In this document: positions 8,141 to 16,785 of the stretch, one piece after another
Layout of the letters: every line of letters begins with the position of its first letter
Numbering within the stretch: the stretch's first letter is position 1
From: a virus
Direction: 5' to 3' (one strand)
DNA length: 37,534 nucleotides
Virus record (IMG/VR): IMGVR_UViG_3300012664_000377
Span: 1-37,534 of that record
Translations under genes and position numbers: made by a program
Notes under the pieces: model-generated
Database searches by the model: none
What the model was told of the DNA's origin: nothing
The model's input: the letters and a program-made list of their open reading frames with translations, nothing else

Positions 8141-8380
8141 ATGAAACAAACAGCAGTAGAATGGTTAGAGAGTAAATTTGATGAATTTGAAACAATTCAC
8201 GATAGCTTACCAGCAGGGTTGTATGAATATACTCAACAAGCCAAAGAAATGGAAAAACAACAGATTTTTGATGCTTATTACGAAGGGGATACAAACGGAG
8301 CTATAAGAGTATATAATAGAAGTATGAGAGATGATAAATCAGCAGAAGAATATTTTAACGAAACATTTAAACAAAAATAA
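8141..8380 (+). CDS. hypothetical protein (79 aa)
   Basis: ORF track. Confidence 0.6.
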   Translation: MKQTAVEWLESKFDEFETIHDSLPAGLYEYTQQAKEMEKQQIFDAYYEGDTNGAIRVYNRSMRDDKSAEEYFNETFKQK

Positions 8381-8382
8381 CA

Positions 8383-8559
8383 ATGAATTTAGTCGAAGCA
8401 ATAGTTACTAAAGTTTTAAGAGAACCATTTGAAGATTATAATAAATGGTGGGTTAAAGTAGAATATATTTGTTATGGTTCTAAATCAGAAACAGAATTAA
8501 TGTTTAAAACAAAAGAAGAAGCTGAAAAGGTAAAAATAGGTTATAAATTTTTAACATAA
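8383..8559 (+). CDS. hypothetical small protein (58 aa)
   Basis: Hand-translated ATG..TAA ORF starting 2 nt after the previous stop. Below the track cutoff. Confidence 0.45.
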   Translation: MNLVEAIVTKVLREPFEDYNKWWVKVEYICYGSKSETELMFKTKEEAEKVKIGYKFLT

Positions 8560-8600
8560 TAACAATGGAAACACGAAACATTAAAAGTTTATTAAGTTAA

Positions 8601-8633
8601 TTTGTGTTTGTAAAGAAAAAATAACTAATTTTG
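8601..8633 (+). promoter_or_regulatory. promoter candidate (TTTG at 8601 and 8607; -7 TAATTTTG 8626..8633) abutting the terS start
   Basis: Two-box match. The ATG at 8639 is only 5 nt past the -7 box, which implies a leaderless or near-leaderless mRNA if the promoter is real. Confidence 0.35.
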
Positions 8634-8638
8634 TTTTT

Positions 8639-9094
8639 ATGGCTTACTCGATTGAAGAAATAAATAAAATATTTGAACATATCTGTATTGAAATAGAATC
8701 AGGGAGGTCTTTACGTTCTATTTTAAAGCAAGATGAAAATATGCCAAGTAGTTCAACTTTCTTTATTTGGCTTACAGAAGATGAGTTAAAATCGAAACGA
8801 TACGAGTTAGCAACCAACTTAAGAACCGATGCTTTATTTGATGAAATAGTAGAAATTGCCTATAATACAGAAGAGGGAGAAACTACAAAAGTAAATTCAA
8901 AAGGAGAAATAGAAACTACTACTGGCGATATGTTGGGGCATAGAAGATTGAAAATTGACGCTCTTAAATGGTCATTATCTAAACTTAATCCTAAAAAGTA
9001 CGGAGAAAAAACAGATATAACAAGTAATGGCGAAAAAATACAATCAGCACCAACTACTATTCAAGTAGAAATTACAAAACCAAATGAAGATTAA
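8639..9094 (+). CDS. terS: terminase small subunit
   Basis: The N-terminal pattern ICIEIESGRSLRSILKQDENMPSSSTFFIWL and the downstream RRLKIDALKWSLSKLNPKKYGEK match the widespread terS family layout. It lies immediately upstream of terL and overlaps it. Confidence 0.8.
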   Translation: MAYSIEEINKIFEHICIEIESGRSLRSILKQDENMPSSSTFFIWLTEDELKSKRYELATNLRTDALFDEIVEIAYNTEEGETTKVNSKGEIETTTGDMLGHRRLKIDALKWSLSKLNPKKYGEKTDITSNGEKIQSAPTTIQVEITKPNED

Positions 9095-10277
9095 TGCTAC
9101 ACCAGTATTTGAAAAAAACTGGAATGCTTTACAAAGCCAAAAATATAAATATATTATAAACTCAGGGTCTTCACGTTCAAGTAAGACCTTTAGTATTTTA
9201 CAGATATTTTGGATATTAGCATGGACAACACCACGAACTAAATTAGCGGTTTTTCGTAATACTAAAAAAGATTGTAAAGATACTATTTTGCAAGATATGT
9301 TAAAATACTATCCTACTTTAGATAATTACGATAGTATTAAATTCAATAAAACAGAAAGTGTTTTTACTTTTCCTAATGGTTCTACTATTAATATCGAGGG
9401 TACAGATGACGAGTTGAAAGTACACGGATATCATTCTGACTATCTTTGGTTTAATGAGTTCTATAAAATGCCAAAAGAAACATTTGACCAATTAGATATG
9501 CGTTGCAGTATTGCAGTGTTTATGGATTACAACCCAGTTGGTAAACTTTGGAGTGATGACTTGGTAAAACAAGATAATGCTATTTTAATTCATTCAACTT
9601 TTAAAGATAATCCATTTGTTCCTTTAGAGCAAAAGAAAAAAATACTATCATACGAGCCAACAGAATATAATATACAACAAAACACCGCTTCTGATTATAT
9701 GTGGATGGTTTACGGATTAGGATTGAAAGCAGAAAAACCTAATAGAATATTCAAAGGTTGGAAAATTATAAGCGATGAAGAATTTGAAACATTACCTTAT
9801 CCTAACTTTTACGGAATGGATTTCGGTTTAAGCGCACCAACAACACTTGTTGAAATGAAATTCGATGGCGACCAAACGTTTTTCTTCAAAGAATTGCTTT
9901 ACAAACCTATGAATGTAATGAATGGTACTTTATCAGATGAATTGCATAACTTAGGAATAGACAAACGTAAAGAGTTAATAGTTGATAGTTCCAACGAAAT
10001 AAATAAAACAGAGGGGCAAAAGCTACGTAATAGTGGATTTAATGTTATATTTGCATTAAAGGGTAAAGGTAGTGTAATAAGCGGAATTGAATTACTACAA
10101 AAGAAACAAGTATATTACACTAAAAGCTCTACTAATTTAGAACAAGAGTACGAAAACCATAGTTGGAGAATAGTCCAAGGTGTTCAATTAGATGAACCTG
10201 AGCAAGGTAATGACCACGCTATAGATGGATGTAAATATGTTAGTAGTTGGTACGCACGAACAAGATATTTAACTTAA
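9084..10277 (+). CDS. terL: terminase large subunit (PBSX-like)
   Basis: Walker A-like NSGSSRSSKT, Walker B-like DYLWFNE, and the C-terminal nuclease motif GNDHAIDGCKY. Confidence 0.85.
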   Translation: MKINATPVFEKNWNALQSQKYKYIINSGSSRSSKTFSILQIFWILAWTTPRTKLAVFRNTKKDCKDTILQDMLKYYPTLDNYDSIKFNKTESVFTFPNGSTINIEGTDDELKVHGYHSDYLWFNEFYKMPKETFDQLDMRCSIAVFMDYNPVGKLWSDDLVKQDNAILIHSTFKDNPFVPLEQKKKILSYEPTEYNIQQNTASDYMWMVYGLGLKAEKPNRIFKGWKIISDEEFETLPYPNFYGMDFGLSAPTTLVEMKFDGDQTFFFKELLYKPMNVMNGTLSDELHNLGIDKRKELIVDSSNEINKTEGQKLRNSGFNVIFALKGKGSVISGIELLQKKQVYYTKSSTNLEQEYENHSWRIVQGVQLDEPEQGNDHAIDGCKYVSSWYARTRYLT

Positions 10278-10319
10278 AAATTAAAATAATCACTAATTTA
10301 TACACAATCTAAATAAATA

Positions 10320-10333
10320 TTATTATATTTGTA
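10320..10333 (+). promoter_or_regulatory. late-type promoter candidate TTATTATATTTGTA (-7 TATATTTG 10324..10331)
   Basis: The identical 14-mer recurs at 16677..16690. Neither copy has a clear TTTG -33 box. Confidence 0.45.
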
Positions 10334-10341
10334 GCAATTAA

Positions 10342-10361
10342 TTGATGTGAAGTCGCATCAA
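10342..10361 (+). other. leader hairpin TTGATGTG-AAGT-CGCATCAA
   Basis: 8-bp stem (one G-U pair) with a tetraloop, lying between the promoter-like box and the terminator. Confidence 0.5.
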
Positions 10362-10399
10362 ACTATTACAAATGAACGTAAACACTAATTTAATATTAA

Positions 10400-10434
10400 A
10401 GTCTTAATCGATTAATTTCGGTTAAGGCTTTTTT
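10400..10434 (+). terminator. intrinsic terminator 8 nt upstream of the portal start
   Basis: AGTCTTAATCG / CGGTTAAGGCT forms an 11-bp stem (2 G-U pairs) with loop ATTAATTT, followed by TTTTTT. Confidence 0.7.
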
Positions 10435-10442
10435 GCTTTAAT

Positions 10443-11651
10443 ATGGTTATAAAATCAGTTAGCTTATTTGGTAGAGAGTTATTTAGAGTAGAACGTAATA
10501 GAAGCGGTCAATTTTCCTATACTTTTTTAGATGGTAATTCATTTGTTGATAATGGCAAGTATATGGAATTTTACTTATCAAATCCAGTACTTTCTACAAT
10601 AGTAAACTTTTCAGCTACTTACTACTCTCAAATGAGAATAACTCATATTGGTAAAGATGGTAAAGTAATTGAAAATTCAGATTACATTAAACTATTATAT
10701 AATCCTAACTACTTTCAATCAAAAGAGGATTTCTTTTTTCAGCAAAATGTATTCTTGTCGGTTACTGGGAATGATTACATATATCAAATTAAACCATTTA
10801 GTAACTCAGTACCTAATGCTATTTATAATCTTATTCCTAATGAAATAGATTTTAATAACGTTAACAAAATAGACAAATTTATTATTACAAAAAATAATAA
10901 AATGGCTATCGAAGAAAAGATTATTAAATATAATTTAGATGGTGTAACGCATAATTTACCATTAAAATCAATTATTCCTACTTATGACTTAACTAACGGA
11001 TTAGTTGGTAATTCATTGCTTACATCACAAAGTAGAGTTAAGGCGATTGCACCAGTACTTTACAACATTAATAAAAATCTTATTTCTAAAGGTATTAACC
11101 TTGAAATGTCATCAAAGTACTTAGGTAAAAACGAAAGTACTGGAAACGAGGCGCAAATACAACAAGGAGATAGAAGTTCAATCGAAAACACTTTAGGGAG
11201 CAAATCACTTATTTTAACTAATGCTAATGTTGACGTTAAGCATTTAGTTAGTGATATGAAGAAATTGTTTTTAGATGAGCAATATGCTGAGGATTTCAAT
11301 AAGTGTTTATTAGCTTTTGGAATGAATAAGAATGTAATTAATCCGTTTTCAAGAGATTCAACATTTGAAAATCAATCGCAAGGTTTAATATCATACATTC
11401 AAAACCAAATACAGAATACCGCTGACAATACAATGAACTCGCTTTCTCAAAGTTGGGGATTGTTTGAAAAAGGAGAAAAGTTAAGAGCGTCATTTGACCA
11501 TTTGCCAGTTATGCAGTCGGTAATTAATGAAAAGATTAAAACGTTAACAGATTTTCAGAATATGGTTAAGTTAGCAAAAGAAAACGGCACAATGAATGAT
11601 AACGAAGCTAACCAAAAAACAAAGGAATTAATGACTAAACTAAATTTATAG
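10443..11651 (+). CDS. portal protein
   Basis: 402 aa, the first large ORF after terL and followed by protease and capsid genes. Called on size and synteny. Confidence 0.6.
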   Translation: MVIKSVSLFGRELFRVERNRSGQFSYTFLDGNSFVDNGKYMEFYLSNPVLSTIVNFSATYYSQMRITHIGKDGKVIENSDYIKLLYNPNYFQSKEDFFFQQNVFLSVTGNDYIYQIKPFSNSVPNAIYNLIPNEIDFNNVNKIDKFIITKNNKMAIEEKIIKYNLDGVTHNLPLKSIIPTYDLTNGLVGNSLLTSQSRVKAIAPVLYNINKNLISKGINLEMSSKYLGKNESTGNEAQIQQGDRSSIENTLGSKSLILTNANVDVKHLVSDMKKLFLDEQYAEDFNKCLLAFGMNKNVINPFSRDSTFENQSQGLISYIQNQIQNTADNTMNSLSQSWGLFEKGEKLRASFDHLPVMQSVINEKIKTLTDFQNMVKLAKENGTMNDNEANQKTKELMTKLNL

Positions 11652-11653
11652 TT

Positions 11654-11773
11654 ATGAGTACTAAATTAACACCTAAAGAAATAGAAAACCAAATTAGCAA
11701 AGAACAAATAGAGAAAGCTAAAAAGGAACTAAATAAAAGATTACAAAACAACGATAAAGAAGTAAAAAAATGA
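11654..11773 (+). CDS. hypothetical small protein (39 aa)
   Basis: Hand-translated. Fills the portal-protease gap and overlaps the next gene by ATGA. Confidence 0.35.
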   Translation: MSTKLTPKEIENQISKEQIEKAKKELNKRLQNNDKEVKK

Positions 11774-12615
11774 TTTGGAAATCAACTAACACACAAGGAG
11801 AGCATACCTTTTTTGATTCAAAAGAAGAATTGTTTAAGCACATTAGAGAAAATAAAGATATTCTAATTGATGCTAAAAAGTCAGTTATTCAAAAATCAGT
11901 TGATAAAGGAAGTGCAGTTGTATCTAAATGTTTGGATTTACTAAAGTTTACCGACCAATTAAAAGGTATAAAAATCGATGACAATTTCTATTACATAGCA
12001 GTTAATTCAACTATGATTTTAGATAGTCACGATGATATGCACGATAACGGAATATGGAAAAAATCAGTACAAGAAACGCAAGGCAAAAACTATTTAGTTT
12101 GTGACCATGAATTAGAAGTATTACAAACAATAACACGCAAAGAACATATTGAAATATTTACTGCTAAAATTCCTTTTTCATTAATCGGACAACCTTATAA
12201 TGGTGAAACAGAAGTTTTGGTTTATAAAGTACCAAAAGACCAAATTAAAATTGAAGCGGTTAAAGAATGGTTAGATAGTGGCGATAGTATTGAGGCTTCT
12301 GTAAGAATGCGTTATGTTACTATTTTACTTGCAATGGATTCTAATAATCCTGAGGACGTAACAGAAAAAGCTAATTATGACGCTTATATTAATAAAATAG
12401 CTAATAAAGATGACTTCGAGTACATTCCTTATTTCTATATCATTAAAGAAGCGCAAAACGTAAGAGAAAGTAGTTTAGTTGTAGCTGGTAGTAATCACGC
12501 AACTGGATTAATAAATAATAATAAAGGTCAAGCCGAGAAATCACTTGAAGAAATCGAAGCCGAGAAATCACTTCAAACAACTGAAATGTTAAAACAATTA
12601 TTAAACAAATTTTAA
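11770..12615 (+). CDS. prohead (maturation) protease, HK97-type candidate
   Basis: Positioned between the portal and capsid genes. ILDSHDDMHDNG resembles the conserved D-x-H-G-D region of S78/U35 prohead proteases. The C-terminus carries a duplicated AEKSL motif. Confidence 0.55.
   Translation: MIWKSTNTQGEHTFFDSKEELFKHIRENKDILIDAKKSVIQKSVDKGSAVVSKCLDLLKFTDQLKGIKIDDNFYYIAVNSTMILDSHDDMHDNGIWKKSVQETQGKNYLVCDHELEVLQTITRKEHIEIFTAKIPFSLIGQPYNGETEVLVYKVPKDQIKIEAVKEWLDSGDSIEASVRMRYVTILLAMDSNNPEDVTEKANYDAYINKIANKDDFEYIPYFYIIKEAQNVRESSLVVAGSNHATGLINNNKGQAEKSLEEIEAEKSLQTTEMLKQLLNKF
12530..12573 (+). repeat. 17-nt perfect direct repeat AAGCCGAGAAATCACTT x2 (12530..12546, 12557..12573)
   Basis: Seen directly. 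Encodes AEKSL-EEIE-AEKSL at the protease C-terminus. Confidence 0.9.
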
Positions 12616-12620
12616 AGAAA

Positions 12621-13808
12621 ATGACACAAGAAGAAATCATTAAAGCGTTAGGAGATAAAATCGACGCAATGAAAAACGAAAGCGTTTCTAAAGCGGAACT
12701 TATCGAAGTATTATCGCAAGTTAAGGAATTAGAAACTAAAGGAGCTGAAGTTTCAACTATGAAAACAAACGTAGAAGAAATCGCTTTGAGAGTATTGGAA
12801 TTGGAAACTAAAGGAGTTCCAAGTAACACACCTGAGAATTTAGGTAGCTTATTGGCTGAGAAATCAGACGAATTAAAAGCTATGAAAGACAAATCAGGTG
12901 CAAGTGTGCAAATCCAACTTAAAGCGGTTGGTACAATGGCTGAAAGCACTAACATTACTGGTCAAGTACCACAAGCTGAAAGAGAAAGTGGAATTACAAG
13001 AATTGTAACTCGTAACCCTTTTATTCTACAATTGGTAAACGTTGGGCAAATTATGTCAAATGTTTGGGAATGGGTAGAGCAAAAAAATAGAGAGGGTGGC
13101 GCTGCAATGACTGCTGAGGGTGCATCTAAATCACAAGCTGACTTTGATTTAGTAGTTGCATCTGCAAACGTTAAAAAAGTAACTGCATACATCAAAATTA
13201 CAAAAGAGATGCTTGATGATGTTGCTTTAATGCGTTCAGAAATTGACCAAGAATTAACTGAGTTAATCAACTTGAAAATTGATGAGCAATTATTGAGTGG
13301 GTCAGGTTCTGGTAATAACTTAACTGGTATCACAACTAACGCTACTGCTTGGTCGGCTGGTGCTTTTGCTTTAGCTATTCCAACACCTACAAAATGGGAC
13401 GTATTAAGAACTGCTTTAAACCAAGTTAGAGTTAATTTGTTTGAGCCTAACTATATTGTTATGCACCCAACAGATGTAACTTCTATGGAATTATCAAAAG
13501 ATTCTACAGGTCAATACATTATGCCTCCTTTCACTTCTGTAGATGGTACAGTTGTAAGTGGCGTTAGAGTTGTTGCAAATACTGGCGTTACTATTGATAA
13601 ATTCTTAGTAGGGGATTTCTCTAAAGCTGGTGTACGTTTCAAAGAGGGGTTAACTATCAATGTAGGTTACGAAAATGATGACTTTACTAAAAACCTTGTA
13701 ACTATCTTAGCTGAGGCAAGGTTAGTACAAAGAGTAAAATCTAATCACTACGGAGCTTTCGTTTATGGTGATTTCTCTGATGCTATTACTGCATTAACTA
13801 AAGCGTAA
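12621..13808 (+). CDS. major capsid protein, HK97 fold
   Basis: 395 aa. The N-terminal coiled-coil delta-like domain has duplicated ELETKG. The GSGSGNNLTGI motif and the overall size and order are typical of the HK97 family. Confidence 0.8.
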   Translation: MTQEEIIKALGDKIDAMKNESVSKAELIEVLSQVKELETKGAEVSTMKTNVEEIALRVLELETKGVPSNTPENLGSLLAEKSDELKAMKDKSGASVQIQLKAVGTMAESTNITGQVPQAERESGITRIVTRNPFILQLVNVGQIMSNVWEWVEQKNREGGAAMTAEGASKSQADFDLVVASANVKKVTAYIKITKEMLDDVALMRSEIDQELTELINLKIDEQLLSGSGSGNNLTGITTNATAWSAGAFALAIPTPTKWDVLRTALNQVRVNLFEPNYIVMHPTDVTSMELSKDSTGQYIMPPFTSVDGTVVSGVRVVANTGVTIDKFLVGDFSKAGVRFKEGLTINVGYENDDFTKNLVTILAEARLVQRVKSNHYGAFVYGDFSDAITALTKA

Positions 13809-13812
13809 TAGT

Positions 13813-13941
13813 ATGGGACATTATTTAGAAACTACAGTAGAAGTTACCTATAATGGTAAAACTACAAGAGTAGCGAAAGAAGATGCGCACCTATACAAAG
13901 ATAAAGAGGTAAAAGAAGTTAAACCGAAAAAAGAAAAATAA
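13813..13941 (+). CDS. hypothetical small protein (42 aa)
   Basis: Hand-translated. Its TAA shares a base with the next ATG (TAATG). Confidence 0.35.
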   Translation: MGHYLETTVEVTYNGKTTRVAKEDAHLYKDKEVKEVKPKKEK

Positions 13942-14582
13942 TGCCTAATATAATTGATTTATCATACTTTCAACAAGCTAATGCATTAAACATTCCTTTG
14001 AGTGTTCAAATGATAGTAGCTAATCCAACTTTGGAAACTCCGAATAGTGCAACTGCATTAACGGAATTAATTACGAAAGTAGAAAAATCATTATTATTAA
14101 ATGCGTTAGGTTTAACAACTTATAATGAACTACAATTAGCAATAGAGGATAGTTTTACTAATCCTCTATATGCTAAATATCAAAAGTTAGTAGAGGGTGA
14201 AGAATATGATGGAAAAATATGGCAAGGATTGAATTATGAGTATAGTTTAATCGCTTGTAAAATCCAACAAGAGTTTTTATTCAATACTAACCAACAATTA
14301 ACTGGAATAGGAAATGTTGAGGTTAAACCACAAGGAGCAAATTTAGTAACACCAGCTTATAAAATAGCTAATGCAAATGCTAATTTCATTCAACAATATC
14401 AAGGCGGTTATATGAAATATCCTATTATTTATAATAATGGCGAGTTCATAGATTGGTTTGGTTGCAATGATGAAATAGAAGTTAGTTTATATCGTTATTT
14501 AACTGACAAAAAAGCTGATTTTACTGATGTTAATTTAGAAAACTTCAAAGTGTACGAAACTTATAATTCTTTTGGAATATGA
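13941..14582 (+). CDS. head-tail connector / structural protein (213 aa)
   Basis: Called only on position between the capsid and tail-tube genes. Confidence 0.4.
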   Translation: MPNIIDLSYFQQANALNIPLSVQMIVANPTLETPNSATALTELITKVEKSLLLNALGLTTYNELQLAIEDSFTNPLYAKYQKLVEGEEYDGKIWQGLNYEYSLIACKIQQEFLFNTNQQLTGIGNVEVKPQGANLVTPAYKIANANANFIQQYQGGYMKYPIIYNNGEFIDWFGCNDEIEVSLYRYLTDKKADFTDVNLENFKVYETYNSFGI

Positions 14583-15088
14583 TAGTTTTTGAAGACCAAT
14601 TAGCAAGAATAGTTGAAGTATTGCCTGATGTGGTTGTAGGTAGTCAAACCGCTACTTTAAACTATGGTTGGGGAACTAAAGAGGTTCTTACTGAGTACTT
14701 AACTTTGAAAGGTAAATTAAGTTTCCCTTTAATTTGGTTAGAGGAGGGTCAGGATAGTAACGATTTAAGAGAACCAAGCGTTAAACGTAATTCTCGAATA
14801 GTTATTTTACACGAAAGTCAAGCACCGAGTGAGTTTAATCCTTATCAACACGAGTACGATTTTAAACTAATCTTACAACCTATTTTAGATAATTTATTAA
14901 TAGCATTAAGTCAAAGCGGAATAAGTAGATATGATGACTCTAATTTTAGAACACAAAGGATAAAAAACTATTCTATGCGTGAAGAAGATAATAGTTTAGT
15001 ATTTATTTGTAACGCTATTGTATTAGATGCAGAGATTACATTTAGCGGTCAATCGACTTGCTTACAAACAATTCAATTTAACAATTAA
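14579..15088 (+). CDS. head-tail joining / tail completion candidate (169 aa)
   Basis: Called on position only. ATGA-coupled to the upstream gene. Confidence 0.4.
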   Translation: MIVFEDQLARIVEVLPDVVVGSQTATLNYGWGTKEVLTEYLTLKGKLSFPLIWLEEGQDSNDLREPSVKRNSRIVILHESQAPSEFNPYQHEYDFKLILQPILDNLLIALSQSGISRYDDSNFRTQRIKNYSMREEDNSLVFICNAIVLDAEITFSGQSTCLQTIQFNN

Positions 15089-15099
15089 ACAATAATCAA

Positions 15100-16026
15100 A
15101 TGGTTTTATATAATCAAAAAGATTGTCTTACTACACGTAAGAATTTAGGCTTATCCGACTGCATTTTGCAAGAGGGTAGACTAACTGGGAAAATATTAGT
15201 TCCTAAAGGATGGTCAATTAACTTAACAACTGACGTATTCGATAAAGACTATGTAAACGAACAAATCCAATTAGGTAATTTTATTCCTATTTTGGGAGCA
15301 GTTGAAGCTACAAACAACACACCAGAAGCAACAACAGAGGAGTATCAAGGTGGTGTTATGTCAGTAGTTCGTAATGGATTGCCACAATTTACTTTTAAAT
15401 ATTTAAGAGGTTGGTTATTTGCAAATGCGTTATCAACTTATAACTCATTCCAAGCGTATGATGTTCTTTTCGTATTTTCAAGTGGCGCAATAGCTGGAGC
15501 AACTAACGGAACTACTTTTAGTGGTTTTGATTTAGGAATGTTGAACGCTGGAACATATATGTTTACAGATGGCTCTACTTCCGCAAGTGTTAGTACTACT
15601 ATTCAATTAATGAACGAAACTCAATTTAATAGAGATGTAGCTATTTTGGATGCTTCTGTTTTAGATTTTAACGTGAACGCTGATATTTTCCCGATTACAG
15701 ATATTGTAATGACTGGACGTGCTGACGTTTCAGAAGGTAAAGTTTACTTTAAAGCTAAATTTGCTACTAATCAAAGTTCAGTTTTAGGTGGTATTGCTAT
15801 TCCAAACTTAAGAGTTACCGTATCGGGGACTGCTGACACTATTCAAGCTGGTACTTTAACTTACAATTCAACTACACAAGAGTATGAATTTGAGCCAACT
15901 GCAACATTAACAACTTCTACACCAGTTGTGGTACAATTGTATGATTCTGTTAATTCAGTAGCTTGTGCTAAAATTGGTAATAAGTATTACAAAGGTGCAA
16001 CTGATTCAATTACTCCAGTAGCGTAG
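15100..16026 (+). CDS. major tail (tube) protein candidate
   Basis: 308 aa, the last structural gene before a strong terminator and upstream of the tape-measure block. Called on position. Confidence 0.5.
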   Translation: MVLYNQKDCLTTRKNLGLSDCILQEGRLTGKILVPKGWSINLTTDVFDKDYVNEQIQLGNFIPILGAVEATNNTPEATTEEYQGGVMSVVRNGLPQFTFKYLRGWLFANALSTYNSFQAYDVLFVFSSGAIAGATNGTTFSGFDLGMLNAGTYMFTDGSTSASVSTTIQLMNETQFNRDVAILDASVLDFNVNADIFPITDIVMTGRADVSEGKVYFKAKFATNQSSVLGGIAIPNLRVTVSGTADTIQAGTLTYNSTTQEYEFEPTATLTTSTPVVVQLYDSVNSVACAKIGNKYYKGATDSITPVA

Positions 16027-16050
16027 TAAATTAGAATAATTCTAAATTAA

Positions 16051-16079
16051 AGCCTTAATGTAAAAGTTAAGGCTTTTTT
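16051..16079 (+). terminator. intrinsic terminator after the major tail protein gene
   Basis: AGCCTTAA-TGTAAAAG-TTAAGGCT followed by TTTTTT. It is preceded by the palindrome TTAGAATAATTCTAA (16031..16045). Confidence 0.85.
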
Positions 16080-16108
16080 GTTTATTTTTGGGTTTAAAAT
16101 AAATTTTT

Positions 16109-16366
16109 ATGACAAAGAAAATAAATTTAGAAATCAATAGCTGTTCAGAATGTCCTTATTATGGATATAATAATGAAGTTGATGAAAAGAAATGCAATTT
16201 ATTAGATAAATTATTATTTTATTCTGATACACACATAAATGATAAAGAAGTAGTTTTTAAAGATTGTCCTTTAGAAAATAGTTGTGAATGTAAATGCATA
16301 TATGTTCAAAAATTAGGTAAAAGTTATAAAGTTTTTGAATGTGATAATTGTAAAAAAAATAAATAG
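16109..16366 (+). CDS. Cys-rich small protein (85 aa), moron-like
   Basis: CSECPYY..C..C..CECKC..CDNCKK suggests zinc binding. The coding sequence is visibly more AT-rich than the flanking structural genes. Confidence 0.55.
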   Translation: MTKKINLEINSCSECPYYGYNNEVDEKKCNLLDKLLFYSDTHINDKEVVFKDCPLENSCECKCIYVQKLGKSYKVFECDNCKKNK

Positions 16367-16368
16367 TT

Positions 16369-16659
16369 ATGAAAAACAACCGAAAAAATAGAAAGCTAAA
16401 TTTTATAAAAGCTAAAAATAGTTTACGTTTAGGATTTGGAAAATACAAATGTTATCAAAGGTTTTCTAATGAATTATTAAAAGAAGAATACAAAGAAACA
16501 TATAAAGAACTAATTGATAGTCTTATTTTGGACACTAAAAATAGTTTATTTAAACGATATAAATTAAAATTAAATAGTGTTGAATTAGTTCAAAGCTATT
16601 CACCTGATGATTTTATAAAAGACTTACATACGAATATGATAGTTTTAAGTTTAAAATAA
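16369..16659 (+). CDS. hypothetical basic protein (96 aa), moron-like
   Basis: ORF track. Very AT-rich. Lies between a terminator and a promoter inside the tail module. Confidence 0.5.
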   Translation: MKNNRKNRKLNFIKAKNSLRLGFGKYKCYQRFSNELLKEEYKETYKELIDSLILDTKNSLFKRYKLKLNSVELVQSYSPDDFIKDLHTNMIVLSLK

Positions 16660-16676
16660 CCAACATAACAATTAAT

Positions 16677-16690
16677 TTATTATATTTGTA
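16677..16690 (+). promoter_or_regulatory. late-type promoter candidate TTATTATATTTGTA (-7 TATATTTG 16681..16688)
   Basis: Same 14-mer as at 10320..10333. Confidence 0.45.
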
Positions 16691-16733
16691 AAGTCATAAT
16701 GAATTTTTTTTTATTGGGGGATAAACAAGGATG

Positions 16734-16772
16734 AAATGCAATCAATTAATTTTTGGTTGCATTTTGTTTTTT
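16734..16772 (+). terminator. intrinsic terminator 13 nt upstream of the ATG at 16786
   Basis: AAATGCAATC / GGTTGCATTT forms a 10-bp stem (1 G-U pair) with loop AATTAATTTTT, followed by TGTTTTTT. Confidence 0.7.
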
Positions 16773-16785
16773 AAACAAGTAAATA

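Noticed and set aside
16697-16732. Short upstream ORF (MNFFLLGDKQG) in the leader before the terminator at 16734, as a possible attenuation peptide
   Set aside because: It is only 11 codons, it was found by eye in AT-rich sequence, and the paralogous leader at 10334..10399 has no equivalent. It is too weak to call.
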